Shown piece by piece: positions 27,401 to 42,400 of a stretch of 64,000 nucleotides of DNA (positions within the stretch are counted from its first letter, which is position 1; each line of letters opens with the position of its first letter). The DNA lies in assembly GCA_038087875.1 (NCBI GenBank), contig CM075989.1, positions 19,904,001-19,968,000 of the forward strand. Reading direction: 5' to 3'. The notes below the pieces were generated by a model. It worked only from the letters and a program-made list of their open reading frames with translations. It did no database searches and was not told the DNA's origin. The DNA comes from Malacoraja senta. Taxonomy: Eukaryota. A program made the translations under genes and the position numbers.

Positions 27401-30400
27401 GCTGTTAGGCCTGGCCAAGCTGGCCATCCACGAGTCACGGCGCCAGGCGGAAGAGGGCTCTGCCCGAGCCGCCTGCCTGCCCCTTTTCCGGGGTAATGTC
27501 TATCGCCCGGCTGGCACTAGAGAGGGACTACATGCTGTCCACGGGTGCCCTGGGTGATTTCCGGGACCGCTGGGCACCGCGGGGGGTGGAACGTATCCTT
27601 GACAAGGATTGTGAAATAGTTATTTAATATTCAGAATTTAAGAATATGTGTTTAACTTTTTGTATTATGGTGGTGTGTTTGTTTGTATTACTTTGTATTG
27701 TACATATTTTGGCAAATAATTGATTAAAATTATGTTTGGTTATATTTTAAAAAAAGTAGATAGAAGACTCAAGGGAGCATCTGCCATGCTTGCCTTAAAC
27801 TTGGCCTCCATGACACTTTAAAGCTGTACACTTTAGTGTTTGGTATTTCCACCAACAAGGAAGGATTCTGAATCTCAACCCTTTCTATGCTTGGCGATTG
27901 TTTCGCCGAACACCTCCGCATTAACCAACCTGATCTCCCTGTGGCTCAGCACTTCAACTCCTCCTCCCATTCAGAATCCGACCTTTCTGTCCTGGGCCTC
28001 CTCCATTGCCAGAGTGAGCACCACCGGAAACTGGAGGAGCAGCACCTCACATGGGCAGTCTGCATCCTTGGGCAGTCTGCATCCCGGTGGCCTGAACATT
28101 GACTTCTCCAATTTCCGGTAGCCCTTGCTGTCTCCTCCCCTTCTCAGCTTTCCCTCAGCCCTCTGGCTCCTCCTCTTCCTTTCTTCTTCTCGCGCCCCCC
28201 CCCCCCCCCTACCCTGCATCAGTCTGAAGAAGAGTTTTGGCCCAAAACGTTGCCTATTTCCTTCGCTCCATAGATGCTGCCGCACCCGCTGAGTTTCTCC
28301 AGCAATTTTGACTACCTTTGATTCTACAGCATCTGCAGTTCCTTCTTGAACTTTCTATGCTTCTCGTAGTTTTATATAATACTATCTGTTCCATCATGTT
28401 TAAGAAGGAACTTCAGATGCCGGAAAAATCGAAGGTAGATAAAAATGCTGGAGAAACTCAGCGGGTGAGGCAGCATCTATGGAGCGAAGGAATAGGTGAC
28501 GTTTCGGGCCTTCGCTCCATAGATGCCGCCTCACCCACTGAGTTTCTCCAGCATTTTTATCTACCATCTGTTCCATCATATTATGTTGTGCTGCTGCAAG
28601 TAAGACTTTCATTGTTCTATCTGGGACATATGACAATAACAAACTCTTGACTCATGACTATCAAGTCACCCCCTCAACCTTCAGTATTTCAGAGAAAACA
28701 ATCTGGGTCTGCCTAACCTCTCCTTATAGCTCATACCCCCAAATCCAGGCATCATTCTGGCAAACTTCATTTGCACCCTTTCCAAAGTCTGCAGATCTTT
28801 CCTGTAATGGGGCAACCAGAACTGCACGCAATATTCCAGTTGCAGCCTCACCAAAGCCCTGTAAAGCTGCATCATGATTTCCTGACTTGTACTCAATACC
28901 CCAACAATGTCAGAGTTAGGCCACATGCAAATTGGAGGAACAGCTCCTCATCTTCCGCTTGGGCAGCTTACAACCCAGTGATGTGAGTATTGATTTCTCT
29001 AATTTCAGGTAACCCTTGCAATCCCTCACACTCCGTTCCTCCCCCACCCTAGTTATCCTGCTAGTTTCACTGTTCGTATCCCTTCATTATCACCTCTTCC
29101 ACAGCCAACAATGGACCATTGTGGGCTCCACCTCTCCTTGGTGCCGGCTCTGATTTGTTCTGAACCTTTTCATATCTCTAGTCTCCCTCTCCCCTGACTC
29201 TCAGTCTGAAGAAGGGTCTCGACCCGAAATGTCACATTCCTTTTCTCTAGAGATGCTACCTGTCCTGCTGAGTCTAATCCCAACAATGGAGACAAACACA
29301 CCTTTACCATTTTATCCACTTGTGTTGTCACTTTCAAGTCTGCCTCTTCCCACAAACGCATTGTGGATCCTTGATTGTTGTCAACTACTTCAAAGTAGTT
29401 GTTGAAAATAATCTCCAGTTGATGAAAACTTTATGTGTCTGCTGATTAGGTTGTCACGATCTGATTGTACGACAGGTTTTACACCATTTGCCTTTGTCAG
29501 CATCTCCTTGTTGATGTGTGTTTGAAAATGGTCCTCTCTGCCAGAAGGATGCCTCTGCTTTGCAAATCCTCAAGTGATTGTTGGAGAAACAAAATGCAAA
29601 TGAGTTTGTGAACATATGTTGCACCTTTTGATCAAAGAGGCAGGCTCTGGATCTCGGCTCCGTGATTCACCCTTGAGGCAGTAAATAATTATTCAATCCT
29701 TGACAAACTGTCTGAAGAAGGGTCTCGACCCGAAACGTCACCCATCCCTTCTCTCCAGGGATGCTGCTTGTCCCGCTGAGTTACTCCAGCATTTTGTGTC
29801 TATCTTCGGTTTAAACCAGCATCTGCAGTTCCTTCCTACACTTGTTACAACACTTGTAACGTGTTTGACATCTGTTGTCTGTAGGATTGCTCTACAGTTT
29901 ACAGTTTAGTTTATTGTCACGTGTACCGAGGTGCAGTGAAAAGCTTCTGTTGCGTGCTATCCAGTCAGCGGAAAAACAATACATGATTACAATTGAGCCA
30001 TTACAGTGTACAGATACATGATGCAGGAGCTTCGATCGCCCCGATGCGGGGGCTCCGATCGCCCCGACTGTGGATGGTTCGACTGCCCTGACCGCGGGAG
30101 AATAAGGAGGAAGAAGATTGGACTTTATTGCCTTCCATCACAGTGAGGAATGTGGGGAATCCGCTGTGGTGGATGTTTATGTTAACTTTTATGTAGTTGT
30201 GTGTCTTGTTGCTTTTTTTTTAGTATGGCTGTATGGCAATTTGAGTTTCACTGTACCTTAATTGGTACATGTGACAATAAACTGACCTTTGAACCTTTGA
30301 TAAGGCAATAACGTTTAGTGATCTGAGAGGAGTCTAAAGAAGATTATAGTTAAAGTAAGAAATGTTGCTGTAGGAATAGAGATTAAAGAGTGTGGAGCGA

Positions 30401-33400
30401 TTGTAATATGTGATTGTGGATCTGCTTCTGTGGCTGGCACGCACATGGTCGCCTGGGTTGGGCGCCATTTTGGAAACAGACTCGGATTGTACGACATGTT
30501 ATTGTAATGTTCAAAACACAAAGTACTGGAGGAACAGCGCAGTGGCGCAGCAGTAGAGTTGCTGCCGTATGGCGCCAGAGACCCATTGAGGATAAGTGAT
30601 GTTTCATAACTCTTCAACTGAAAGGGTGGCAGAAGCGGAAACAATGAAGCAGTGATGTACCTCTCTTGGGATCACACCATCCCCAGCCAACAATTGGTCT
30701 ATTGCAGAATCACCCTGCTTGAGGTCACATGTTGTCGGCCCTTATTTGTCCTGGTGAAAGTATCATTCATTCATTCATTCATTCATTCCTCCCTTCCAAT
30801 CACATACCCCACAATCAGTCTGAAGAAGGGTCCCGACCCGAAACGTCACCCATCCATTTTCTCCAGAGATGCTGCCTGACCCGCTAAGTTACCCCAGGAT
30901 GTTCTGTCTATCTTTGGTATAAATCAGCATCTGCAGTTCCTTTTTATTACATTGTATTCATTTTTTATTCATTATTTCTTGCAGGCTGCAGAACGAGAAG
31001 TGGATGAATGTTCGGGTCGGAGATGTAATCAAATTGGAAAATGATCAGTTTGTGGCAGTAAGTGTTCACTGAGAATGTTTACACTTGTTCTAGATTTATG
31101 GGTTAACCTGGTAAGTTCTTGCCCATCCTTCTAACACTAATGGTTACACTGATACTCAGGGCGCAGAGAAGATTTACGAGGATGTTACCAGGATGCCGAG
31201 GACCTGAGCTGCAGGGAGAGCTTGCACAAGCTAGGACTTTATTCCTTGGAGTGCAGGAGGCTGAAGGGTGATTTTATAGAGCTGCATAAAATAATGAGGG
31301 GAACTGATATAGGTGACCCAGGGTTGATGAATCAAGAACTAGAGGCCATAGGTTTAAAATGAGAGGGGAAAGATTTAATAGGAACCTGAGGGGCAACTTT
31401 TCAATTCAGTGGGTATATGGATGGAGCTGCCAGAGGTAGTTACAATAACAACATCTAAAATATACTTGGACAGGTACATGGATAGGAAAGAGATATGGTC
31501 CATATGTGGGCAAATGGGACCAGCTTAGTAGATGAGGCATCTGGATGATTTGGGCCAAAGGTGCGCATGATTCTATGACTAAAACACAGAGGTGGAATCA
31601 TTGAGCTTCTTCTTGTCGAGTCAACACACAAGATTAGAAGTTGTTCAGCCAGAGCTGAACACACTTTTCGGCATCTGCATACAATGGTGTCTGTCTTGTC
31701 GCTTCTTGTCGCTTCTTGTGGGGGGTGGTGGAAATATTGGTGGAAACAGGTCCGTGACGTGAACGCTCTTTCCTTGACCCCCAACATTGAGTGGTCCCAT
31801 GAAAAAATCACATCTAATTGTTTTGAACATTGTGCCCCCGTTTATGTTTTTGAACTGTCATTTGTCATTGTTCCAGTCCGGATAGTTGCCTGACCATATG
31901 GGGATTAAACAAAATTCAGCTGCGCTCTTGTTTATTTATTTTTTATTTTTTATTTTTTTATTTATTAGAAGTATTTTACATTACAGTAATCTGCAATAAC
32001 GTAAATTTATACAGTTCTTGTACCACTTCTGTTTTTCAACTTTAATAGAAAAAAAGGATAGAAAGAGCTAGCAAAGACAGTCAGTGAGTGAATGAAAAAG
32101 TGGTCCAGGAACACACATGTGAACCTAAACCACATGAAGTAGTTAAAGAAGAAAAGAAAAAAAAAAGAGAAAAAAGAAAATAAGATAGGACCGTATGAAA
32201 GGGATGCACCTACTTCATATCTTTACTCACCCCTCGCCAGTACCTAAAACCATTTATTATCATCTTTTGTTGCACCCTATGTTTGTAATAAGTCAATATA
32301 TGGAGACCAAATCTTTTGGAATTGGTCTTGTTTACCTGCTAGGAGGAATCTCATATCTTCTAGATGTAACAATTCCGACATATTAGAAGTCCACATTTTT
32401 ATTGTTGGCGTAGGAGCATTTTTCCAAAAAAAATTGCCGTTATTAAGCCATAACTAAGAAAACTCCTTTGAAATGAAGTCAGCTCCAAACTTGCTTCTAT
32501 TGTTCCAAAAATAATCAGTTCTGCATTCGGTTTCAGTTTTATTTTACATAATTTAGTGAAAATTTCAAAAATTTCATTCCAAAATTTTTGAATTTTTATA
32601 CAAAAAACCAAAAGAATGTGCTATAGTTGATTCTTGGACTAGGCATTTGTCATAGTTTGCCGAGGTATTTGGGTAAAATTTACTTAATTTAGCTTTTGAA
32701 TAATATAATCTATGTAAAATTTTAAATTGAATCAGAGTATGTCTTACGTTAATCGAACATTTATGCACATATAATAGATGTTTATCCCAACTCTCTTTCG
32801 AGATCTTTATAGCCAATTCCTGTTCCCATTCTCTTCTGATCCCGTCCGATGATGGAATTTCTATATTTAAAATGGAATTATATAGGTATGATATTAAATT
32901 AGCTGATTCCGCTTTTGGGAATTTTAACAGATGTGTCGATTCCTGAGGTTTAATTGGCATAATTTCACCTTTATTCCAATTTATTCTATATCCTGAAAAG
33001 GATCCAAATTCCTCAATTAAATTTAATGTATTTGGTATACTAGTTTGTGATTTTGTAATATATAGTAGTACATCATCTGCATATAAAGATATCTTATTAT
33101 TTGAATATTTTGTATTGTACCCATGAATATTCGGATGTATCCTAATACTTTCCGCTAACGGTTCTATTACAAGAGCAAATAGCAGGGGTGATAATGAACA
33201 CCCCTGTCTATTTACCCTTGATACCTGAAATTTCGAGGACAAGATATTATTAGTTAATATTCTGGCCGTAGGCCTATAATAATTTTACCCAAGCGATAAA
33301 ATTCTCTCCCACTTGAAATTTTTGCAATACTTTAACCATATAATCCCATTCCACTTGATCAAATGCTTTTTCTGCGTCCAGTGAAATAATTGATAAGTCT

Positions 33401-36400
33401 TGCTCTTCGGTTTTATGTGAGTGCATTATATTAAACAGATGTCTCAGGTTATTACTTGAATATCTCTTGGGTATAAACCCTGTTTGATCCGGATTTATTA
33501 ATTTACTGACATAGTTACTTAGCCTTCTAGCTAATGTTTTCGCTAATATTTTTTGATCTGTATTTAACAGTGCAATAGCTCTATAAGAGCCCGGATCTTC
33601 TAAATCTTTACCTTTTGTAGGTATTAGTGTAATCGTTGACTCCGCCAGTGTTTCTGGAAGTGTATGTTCTTTAAAAGCATATGTATACATTTTATGTAGT
33701 TGTGGTGTAATTATCTCGTAAAATCTTTTATAAAATTCATTACTAAAACCATCTGGTCCTGGAGTTTTTCCATTCTTTAATGTATTTATTGTTTCTTCTA
33801 TTTCCTTAGTTGAGATTTGTGCACCTAATTCCTCTTGTTCACTCACATTGAGTTTTGGGAGATTACAATTATCCAGGAACTCTCTAACTTTAGTACTATC
33901 TGCTACCGCTTTAGATGTATATAAATTTTGATAAAATTGAGCGAGTCTTTTATTAATATCCTTAGGTAGTGTTAACAATTCCCCTTTATTTGATTTAATC
34001 CTTAAAATCGTGTGGTCCTTTTCCCGTTTTTTCAGTTGACGAGCCAGAAGCTTGTGTGGTTTATCCCCAAATTCAAATTTTTCCTGTTTTGTGATTTGAA
34101 ATAATCTAATAACATTTGCTGATAATATTTTGTTTAATTTAAATTTCATTCTTGTTATTTTATTATGTTTGTCTATAGTAGGCTCTTTAGCATTATCTAA
34201 TTCCAATTCTCTAATTCGTTCTTCTAACTGCCTTTGTTCTTTCTTATTCCTTTTATTTAGAAAAGCTTGGTATGAGATTATAGATCCTCTAATAACTGCT
34301 TTGAATGATTCCTATAGCAGAACTGGTGAAATATCTGGGGTATCATTATTCTTTTAAAAAAGTTCCATCTGTTGTTTTAAATATATTTCCCCTTGTGGAT
34401 CATTTAAGATTTGAGGATTAAACCTCCAAAACGATTTATTAGAAGGCATTCCTTCTAATTAAAAAAAAAAAGTTAACGGGGAGTGATCAGAAATTATACT
34501 ATTGTGATATTTTGGGTTCAATGTATAGGGAATTAGTTTTGTATCCACTAAGAAATAGTCGATACGTGAATACGTTTTGTGTACCATTGAATAAAACGAG
34601 TATTCCCTTCCGACAGGGTTAGCGATCCTCCAAACATCTGTTATATTTGTGTTTTTTATGTATTTAAGATTTCCCTGGTTTTAGATTTTGTGTTGCCCCT
34701 ACTCTATTGTGAAGATTTATCCAAATATGGATCTAAAACACAGTTAAAATCTCCCCCAATTATCACATTTTGATAATTGAACTCTGTAATTATATTCAAA
34801 ATTTTATTAAAAAATTGAGGATTATCAAAATTAGGCGCATAAATATTTACCAAGGTGATTGGGGTATCATGAATCTCTCCGGTAACTATAAGGTATCTCC
34901 CTTCCTTATCTGTCACGATATTCTTCAATTTAAATGGTATATACCTTTTCGAATAATGATTGCTGTGCCTCTAGCTTTGGAAATATATGAAGATTGGTAT
35001 GTTTGGCCTATCCAGTTTGCCTTCAATCTGGCTTGAGCTTGCAGTTTCAAGTGAGTTTCTTGTAGGAATATTATGTCCGAATTGAGTGACTTCAGTTGTG
35101 CAAAAATCTTACCCCTTTTAATTGGTTCATTAGCACCCCTAATATTCCAACTACAGAATGTGATTCCTCCAAATTTCTTTTGTATATCGTCTTGCATTTT
35201 AAATTATTTACTACCTTTTAAACGTGTGGTGCAAACAATACCTTAGGTCTCTGGCTGTTGGGCGAGCATTTGCAATATTAAATTCAATTATTACATCCCT
35301 CTCAAAATTGTCCTTAAGTAAAGAAACCAAAAAGTGTACATTATTGTGATATTTTAAAAAAATCAAAAGAGTGAGGTTGCAGTGTCTACAAATGACGACA
35401 CTGTGACCAATTATCCACCTAATAGTGGTAGTTACACAATTAATGACTTCCATAGTTGTTAATCTACATTTGGCTCCGTCCCCTTGAATAATCTTACAAA
35501 AGGGAGTTGGGACCCATTCAAAGCCAAATTTTATGTGTCAGCCTTACCGTATCTACCATATCTTTATATTTAAATAAATCTTCTCTAATCTCCAAGCTTA
35601 TCTACCATTTACTTATGTTAACAATTATTACATTTTCTTCCTCCATACTAAACTGCCTTTGGTTGGAAGGGGTTAACCCGATTCAGGCACCTGGCTATTT
35701 GCCAAGATTCTGAATCTCCTCACCTCCTTCCGCACAAATTTGAACTACAACTTATCATAATTTCTAAATTAATTTGTTAGTCTGTTGTAAATCTATTTAC
35801 TTATATTTAGCCCCCCTCCTCCCCTACCCAGGGGGGGGGGGGAGGGGGGGTCAATCCTTGCAATGAATTATTACATTTTATCAGTTAAGCAATTCAATTT
35901 TAAATCAATTACTATTACTGTTAGTGTATTAATTTCAATAACATTAATTACTATAACTATATTAGTTCAGTAGTTTTTGTGTTAGCATGGAATTAGTGTA
36001 AGGATAACATTTTAACACTTTCATTCAAGATTTTTGCGCTCTTGTTTATTTGATAAAGAATCGGCGATGTTTTGGTGTTTAATTGAAGTTGGTCTGAAGC
36101 TCATCCACTATTTCAGATGCGACATTGAATTCTTAAAGAAAGAAGCTTTATAGACATTGGACTTTGTCTGTAGAACTGATGCACCACAATGCTGAGAACT
36201 ATGTTCTGCTTTGATCTACCTGTGGTACTTGAGTTTGACTCCATTGTATGTGTGCGGAGTATTGTCTGACCTGTTTGGATGGCAAGCAAAACAAAGCTTT
36301 TCACTGCACGTCATGTGGCAACAATAAACTAAAGCTAAACTTGAAAATAAATTGATGAGGGCAGCACAGTGGTTCAGCTGGTGGATCCGAGTTCGATCCT

Positions 36401-39400
36401 GACCTCGGCTGTTGCCTGTGTGGAGTTTGCACGTTCTCCCTGTGACTGCGTGAGTTTCCACCGGGCGCTCTGGTTTCCTCCCGCATCCTGAAGACATGTG
36501 GGTTTGTGGTTCAATCGGTCTCTGTGTTTTGCCCCTGGTGTGTAGGGAGTGGATGCGAAAGTGGGACAATGTAGAACTAGTGTGAACGGGTGATCGACGG
36601 TCGGCGTGGACTGGATGGGTCGAAGGGCCTGTTCCCATGCTCTATCTTGCAATCCAAATCAAACACGTGAGAGTCTTCTGAAGTTGCTGATGGAACAAAA
36701 GACAATCTCTCCATCAGCCCATCATTGCTGGCCTGTCAGAGACTTACCGTTCTGAACAAACCTCACTTTACAAGTAGAGTACCGCCATAAATTGAGATTG
36801 TCAGACATCATATTCACCATAACACAGCTGGACCTACACACCCAAATTATAAATGCAACGCTGGCTTCTTCTCGCAATTCTGGCATATGCATTGCTTCTA
36901 TTTTTCAAGGCATGTCTTCCATTATCCACTGTCATAGAGTGATACAGTGTGGAAACAAGCCCTTGGCCCAACTTGCCCACACTGGCCAACATACCCATCT
37001 CCACTAGTCCCACTGGCCCGCGTTTGGCCCATATCCCTCTAAACCTGTTCTATCCAAGTACTTGTCAAAATGTTTCTTAAACATGTCATCGTCCGTGCCT
37101 CAATTACCTCTTCCGGCAGCTTGTTCCATACACCCACCACCCTTTGCGTGTAAAAGTTACCCCTCAGGTTCCTATTAAATCTTCCCCACCCTCACCATAA
37201 ACCTATGTCCTCTGGTTCTCCATTCCCCTGTACTGGGCAAGAGACTCTGTGCGTCTACCCGCTCTATTCCTCTCGTGATTCTGTACACTGGCCTATCATT
37301 CACATGTCACTCGCTCCCATGGGAGTCTGTGGAGGTTCAAATCCAAGCACGATTCCATTCCAGCTGTCTTGTTTGTCTCCACAGTGTAGCAAAGCCAAAT
37401 GCATTATGCTTGGTGATTATGTTAGTGTTCCATCTTGGACAGTCTATTCCAAGGCCGCACTACTGCTAATTGTGTGTTTTTTTGGCCTTGAAGCATTTTT
37501 TTCTAATCTCTTATGTTCACTCTCATCACCCCTCCCTCTCCCTCCCCCTCTCCCCCTCTCCCCCTCTCCTCTCTCCTCTTCTCCCTCTCCCCATCTCTCC
37601 CCCTCTCCTTCTCCCTCTCCCCCTCTCCCCTTTCCCCCTTCCTCTCCCTTCCCCCCTTTCCCCACTCCCCCTCTCCCTTCTCCCTCTCCCCCTCTCCAAC
37701 TCTCTCTCTCCCCATCTCACGAAATGCAGAACTCCAAAGCACCGTTGAGCCTTGCCTCATTCCAACGTGTTCCACGTCTCTCCTTTAGTATCCGTGCCGA
37801 ACATGACACCAATCTCCTCTGCCTGCACGTGATCCATATCCCTCCATTCCTTGCATGTCCATGTGCCTATCTAAAAGTGCAGGCCCAGTCCCGTCAAAAA
37901 CTTATCATATGTTAACCTACTCATTCCTCGAGGAAAGCTGAACTATAATTGTAGCTGAGCACTATCATAGACTGGGAAATGTTAATCTGCTGTGTGTTAT
38001 GAAATTTGATTTCCATTGATTTTTGTTTAACCTTGTCTTGTCACATCTGCTTTCAGGCGGATATCTTGTTGCTCTCGAGCAGTGAACCTCACGGACTCAG
38101 TTACGTCGAGACGGCTGAGCTCGATGGGTAAGATTCCTGAAATACTGGCATTTAACAAAGAACATAAAACAGTACAGCACAGGAACGGTCCCTTCGGCCC
38201 ACAATGTTTGTGCCGAACAAGATATGAAGTTGATCTGATCTCATCTGCCTGTACATGATCCATATCCCTCTATTCCCTGCACTTCCATGTGCCTATCTAA
38301 AAGCCTCTTAAACACCACCATCCAATCTGCCTCCACCACAACCCCTGGCAATGCATTACAGACCCCACCACCCTCTGTGTAAAAAAACTTGCCCCACACA
38401 TCTCCATTAAACCTCCCCCCTCCCACCTTAAGATCGCCCCGTCAACGGAAGGCTCAAGGCCCCCGACCGTGGGAGAGCAAAGAAAGGAAGAGATTGAATT
38501 ATTTTTTCGCCTTCCATCACAGTGAGGAATGTGGAGGAGTCACTGTGGTGGATGTTTATGTTAAAATGTATTTTGTGCATTCTGTTGCTCTTTATTTGTA
38601 AGACTGTATGGCAAATCAAATTCCTTGTATGTTGTTGCAAAACATACTTGGCTAATAAAGTATGATTATGATTATAGCTATCCCCCCTAATGTTGAACAT
38701 TTCTTCCCTGGGGAACAAGGTTCTGACTGGCTACCCTTCCCCTATATTCTGCCTCTCATAATCTTATATACTTCTATCAAGTCTACCGAGGATAGACACA
38801 AAATTCTCCAGCGATGCTGCCTGACCCGTCGAGTAACTCCAGCATTTTGTGTCTTTCCATATTAATTTCCCTGACTGATGAAGGCCAATGCACCAGAAGC
38901 TTTCTCCACCACCCTATCTACCCTGTGACACCACTTTCACAGCATCAATTAAAAAACCACGGCCAGTTTGCAACCTCCCACAAATAGCAATACACCAATA
39001 ACTAAATAACCTTTATTTAAGCGAGAAACTCAGCAGGTGACGCAGCATCTATGGAGCAAAAGAATGGGTGATGTCACCTATTCCTTTGCTCCATAGATGC
39101 TGCCTCATCTGCTGAGTTTCTCCAGCATTTTTGTCCACCTTTTATTTAAGCGATGTTCTTTAAGAAGCAAGTAAAGGGGAGGGGGGGGGGGGGTGTTGTC
39201 CGGCCCTTCAGAGGGAGCTACTGTATCATTTCCATTGGCCTGAGCATTAAGATGAGGGATGAGTGTTCCTTCTGACAGCGGATACCTCCAAAATAGCGAG
39301 TGTCAGCTTAAAGTTTGTGTGGAAATCTCTGGCATGGGATTTGAACTTACAACCCCCTGACTCCAGTCGGACGGCTGCCACAGCTGAGACCAGAGTCAAT

Positions 39401-42400
39401 TAGACTTTGAGTTGATCTTTACAAAGCTTTAAGATGATTAGCACTGATCCATTTTGAGGTATGCTCTTTGTTCTGGTAAACATTGATTTTGGAGGTTTTA
39501 TTATAGCAGGGCTTTCCGCAGAATTGTGTAGCTGGGAATTTTCTTTTGATAGTTTTAAGCCTTTAAGGTACTCTGTGCTGTAATGAAGATATTACCAGTG
39601 GCTGCGTTAAGAGTCTTTAGAGAAAGTGTGACAAATTTAATGTCTTATAATTCTGCAGCCCTGCAGTCATTTATACGGATATTAAAAATACTTTAATATC
39701 CATTGCGACAACATTTATTCGAAGCTTTAAAGATTCTGAAGAGGTTGATCGTGTCGTTGTGTGGATATTAAAGGCCCAGATTCTGAAATCCTCAATATGT
39801 AACGATATTAGCATGGTGGCGCAGCGGTAGAGTTGCTGCTGGGGTTCGTTCCCGACTACATGTGCTGTCTGTACAGAGTTTGTACGTTCTCCCTGTGACA
39901 GCTTGGGTATTCTCTGAGATCTTCGGTTTTCCTCCCATTCTCCAAAGACGTACAGGTTTGTAGGTTAATTGGCTTGGTATGAATGTAAATTGTCCTAAGT
40001 GTGTGTAGGATAGTGTTAATGTGCGGGGATCGCTGGTTGGCACGGACTCGGTGGGCTGAAGGGCCTGTTTCCGTGCTGCATCGCTAAACGAAACTAAACC
40101 AAATTAGGTACAAATTCTTCGAAGTGTTTAATTTGTTGGATGTGACCTTGCTTCAATATTGTTGGAGTTGGAGTACTAGTTCTTTGTTTATAATTTCAAC
40201 AGGGAAACCAACTTAAAAGTCCGACAGGCACTGACAGTAACATCAGAGCTCGGTGCAGACATGAGCATATTGGCAGAATTTGACGGTGAGTCTGACATCT
40301 TCTATTAACGCTGATTACACATGTAGCAAGCTTGGCAGGGAGCAGTGCACACTAGGGTTTGGGTTGCCACGATCCAGTGGTTCAATGCTACTTTATTTAT
40401 CTCATGTACTGAGATAGAGTGAAATTAATTTTTGGTATACAGTTCAGTACAAGTATCACTATTCTTAGATATGCATCTCAGATACAGTACAAGTGTAGTA
40501 AGGTGGCGCAGCGGAATAGTTGCTACCTTACAGCGACAGAGACCCGGGTTCGATCCTGGTTCGAGGTTGAGGAGTGACCTCCAAGAGGTATTAAAAAAAA
40601 TCATAAGGAGAGTAGATAATATGGATGGTCACAGTCTGTTTCCCCAGGGTAGGGGAATCACGAACTAGAGGCGGCACGGTGGTGCAGCGGTAGAGTTGCT
40701 GCCTTAACAGCGCCAGATATCCGGGTACGATCCTGACCTTGACCCTGATCCTGTCTGTACCGAGTTTGTACGTTTTCCCTGTGACCTCGTGGGGTTTTCT
40801 CCGGGAGCTCCAATTTCCTCCACACTCCAAAGACGTACAGGTTTGTAGGCTTAGCTAAATTAAATAGAACTAAACTATTAAGAGTTGTACGCTGAGACAA
40901 TATACAGGGTCGCCAGTTTCCAGGTTGTTGTAAGCAAAGATCCTATAGCGAGCAAGATGGCCCACTCGACGAAAAAGACGTAGTACGGTCATGGGCAGAT
41001 TCATGGGTAATTTATGGCCCCATTTCCTTAATCGGCTTCCGTCTCCGCACCAAAGATCCCATAGGATAATAGTGCGGAGACGGAAGCCGGTTACGGAAAC
41101 ATCCTCGTAAAAATAAAAGTTATTTGGGAAAAATCTTCTCCTCATTTTCAGAATTTTAATTTATTAACACAAATTGTTCCCCCGCAACGCTGATTACACT
41201 GCGAGTCGGGTCGGGTCGGGTCCGGTTACGGAAATGGATGAAAAAAAGGCCCACGTTCCGTTCCGTTTCGTACTGCACGTCAGCCCATTGCATTTAGCAG
41301 GAGTGGTCTATCTTGCTCTGCTATAGGATCTTTGGTTGTAAGTGCAGGGAATCTTGACCTGACCGAGAAGGCCCGTTGCCATGGTGACGGTGCAGGGTTG
41401 GCCTTGCCCAGAGTAGCCATAGTACCCTCCACTGCTGCTCCACCACTGGAGGGGATCTCTGCCACAGAAGGCAGTGGAGGCCAATTCATTGGATGTTTTC
41501 AAGAGAGAGTTAGATTTAGCTCTTGGGGCTAACGGAATCAAGGGATATGGGGAGAAAGCAGGAACGGGGTACTGATTTTGGATGATCAGCCATGATCATA
41601 TTGAATGGTGGTGCTGGCTTGAAGGGCCGAATGGCCTACCCTGCATTTATTACCTATGTTTCCATGTTTAATGTGAGTTGCAACACGATGAGGCAACTGC
41701 AAATGAGCGAGCAAGATAGGTATGTGCTGATCTCATTCATTGCCAGCTCTTGTGTATTCTTTAAACATGAAGCTTAGCCATTTTACCTCGTGACTTCATA
41801 TTTCAGAGCCAGCAAAGGCATTGCTCTGTGTTCAACATTAATCAAAGATTGTAGGTTACTCACCATGACAACCAAGCCTCTTGACTTCTGTAATACGACT
41901 GTCAGGTTTCTGTTGAACGTTCTGTTATATTATAAAGCAAGTGTGTGAATTGAATGATTGAAAGTGGCAGCATGGAAACAGGCCCTTCGGCCCACCGGTA
42001 CTAATAATTTTTGATTAGTACAGGTGTTTCTTGATTAGTACAGGTGTCAGGGGTTATGGGGAGAAGGCAGGAGAATGGTGTTAGGAGGGAGAGATAGATC
42101 AGCCATGATTGAATGGCGGAGTAGACTTGATGGGCCGAATGGCCTAATTCTACTCCTATCCCTTATGACCTTATGACCACTGAGTCCACACCAACCATCG
42201 ATCACCCGTTCACACCAGTTCTATGTTATCCCACTTTCTCATCCACTCCCTGCACACTAGTAGTTTTACAGAGGGCCAATTAACCCGCAAACCTGCTTGT
42301 CTGTGGGATGTGGGAGGAAACCGGAGCACCCGGAGGAATCCCCTCATGGTCACAGGAAGAACGTGCAAACTACACACAGACAGCACTATTTTAATTTATT

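Noticed and set aside
37205..37915. 236-aa Pro/Ser-rich ORF
   Set aside because: Runs through a CR1 remnant and the C/T tract; no domain or exon evidence
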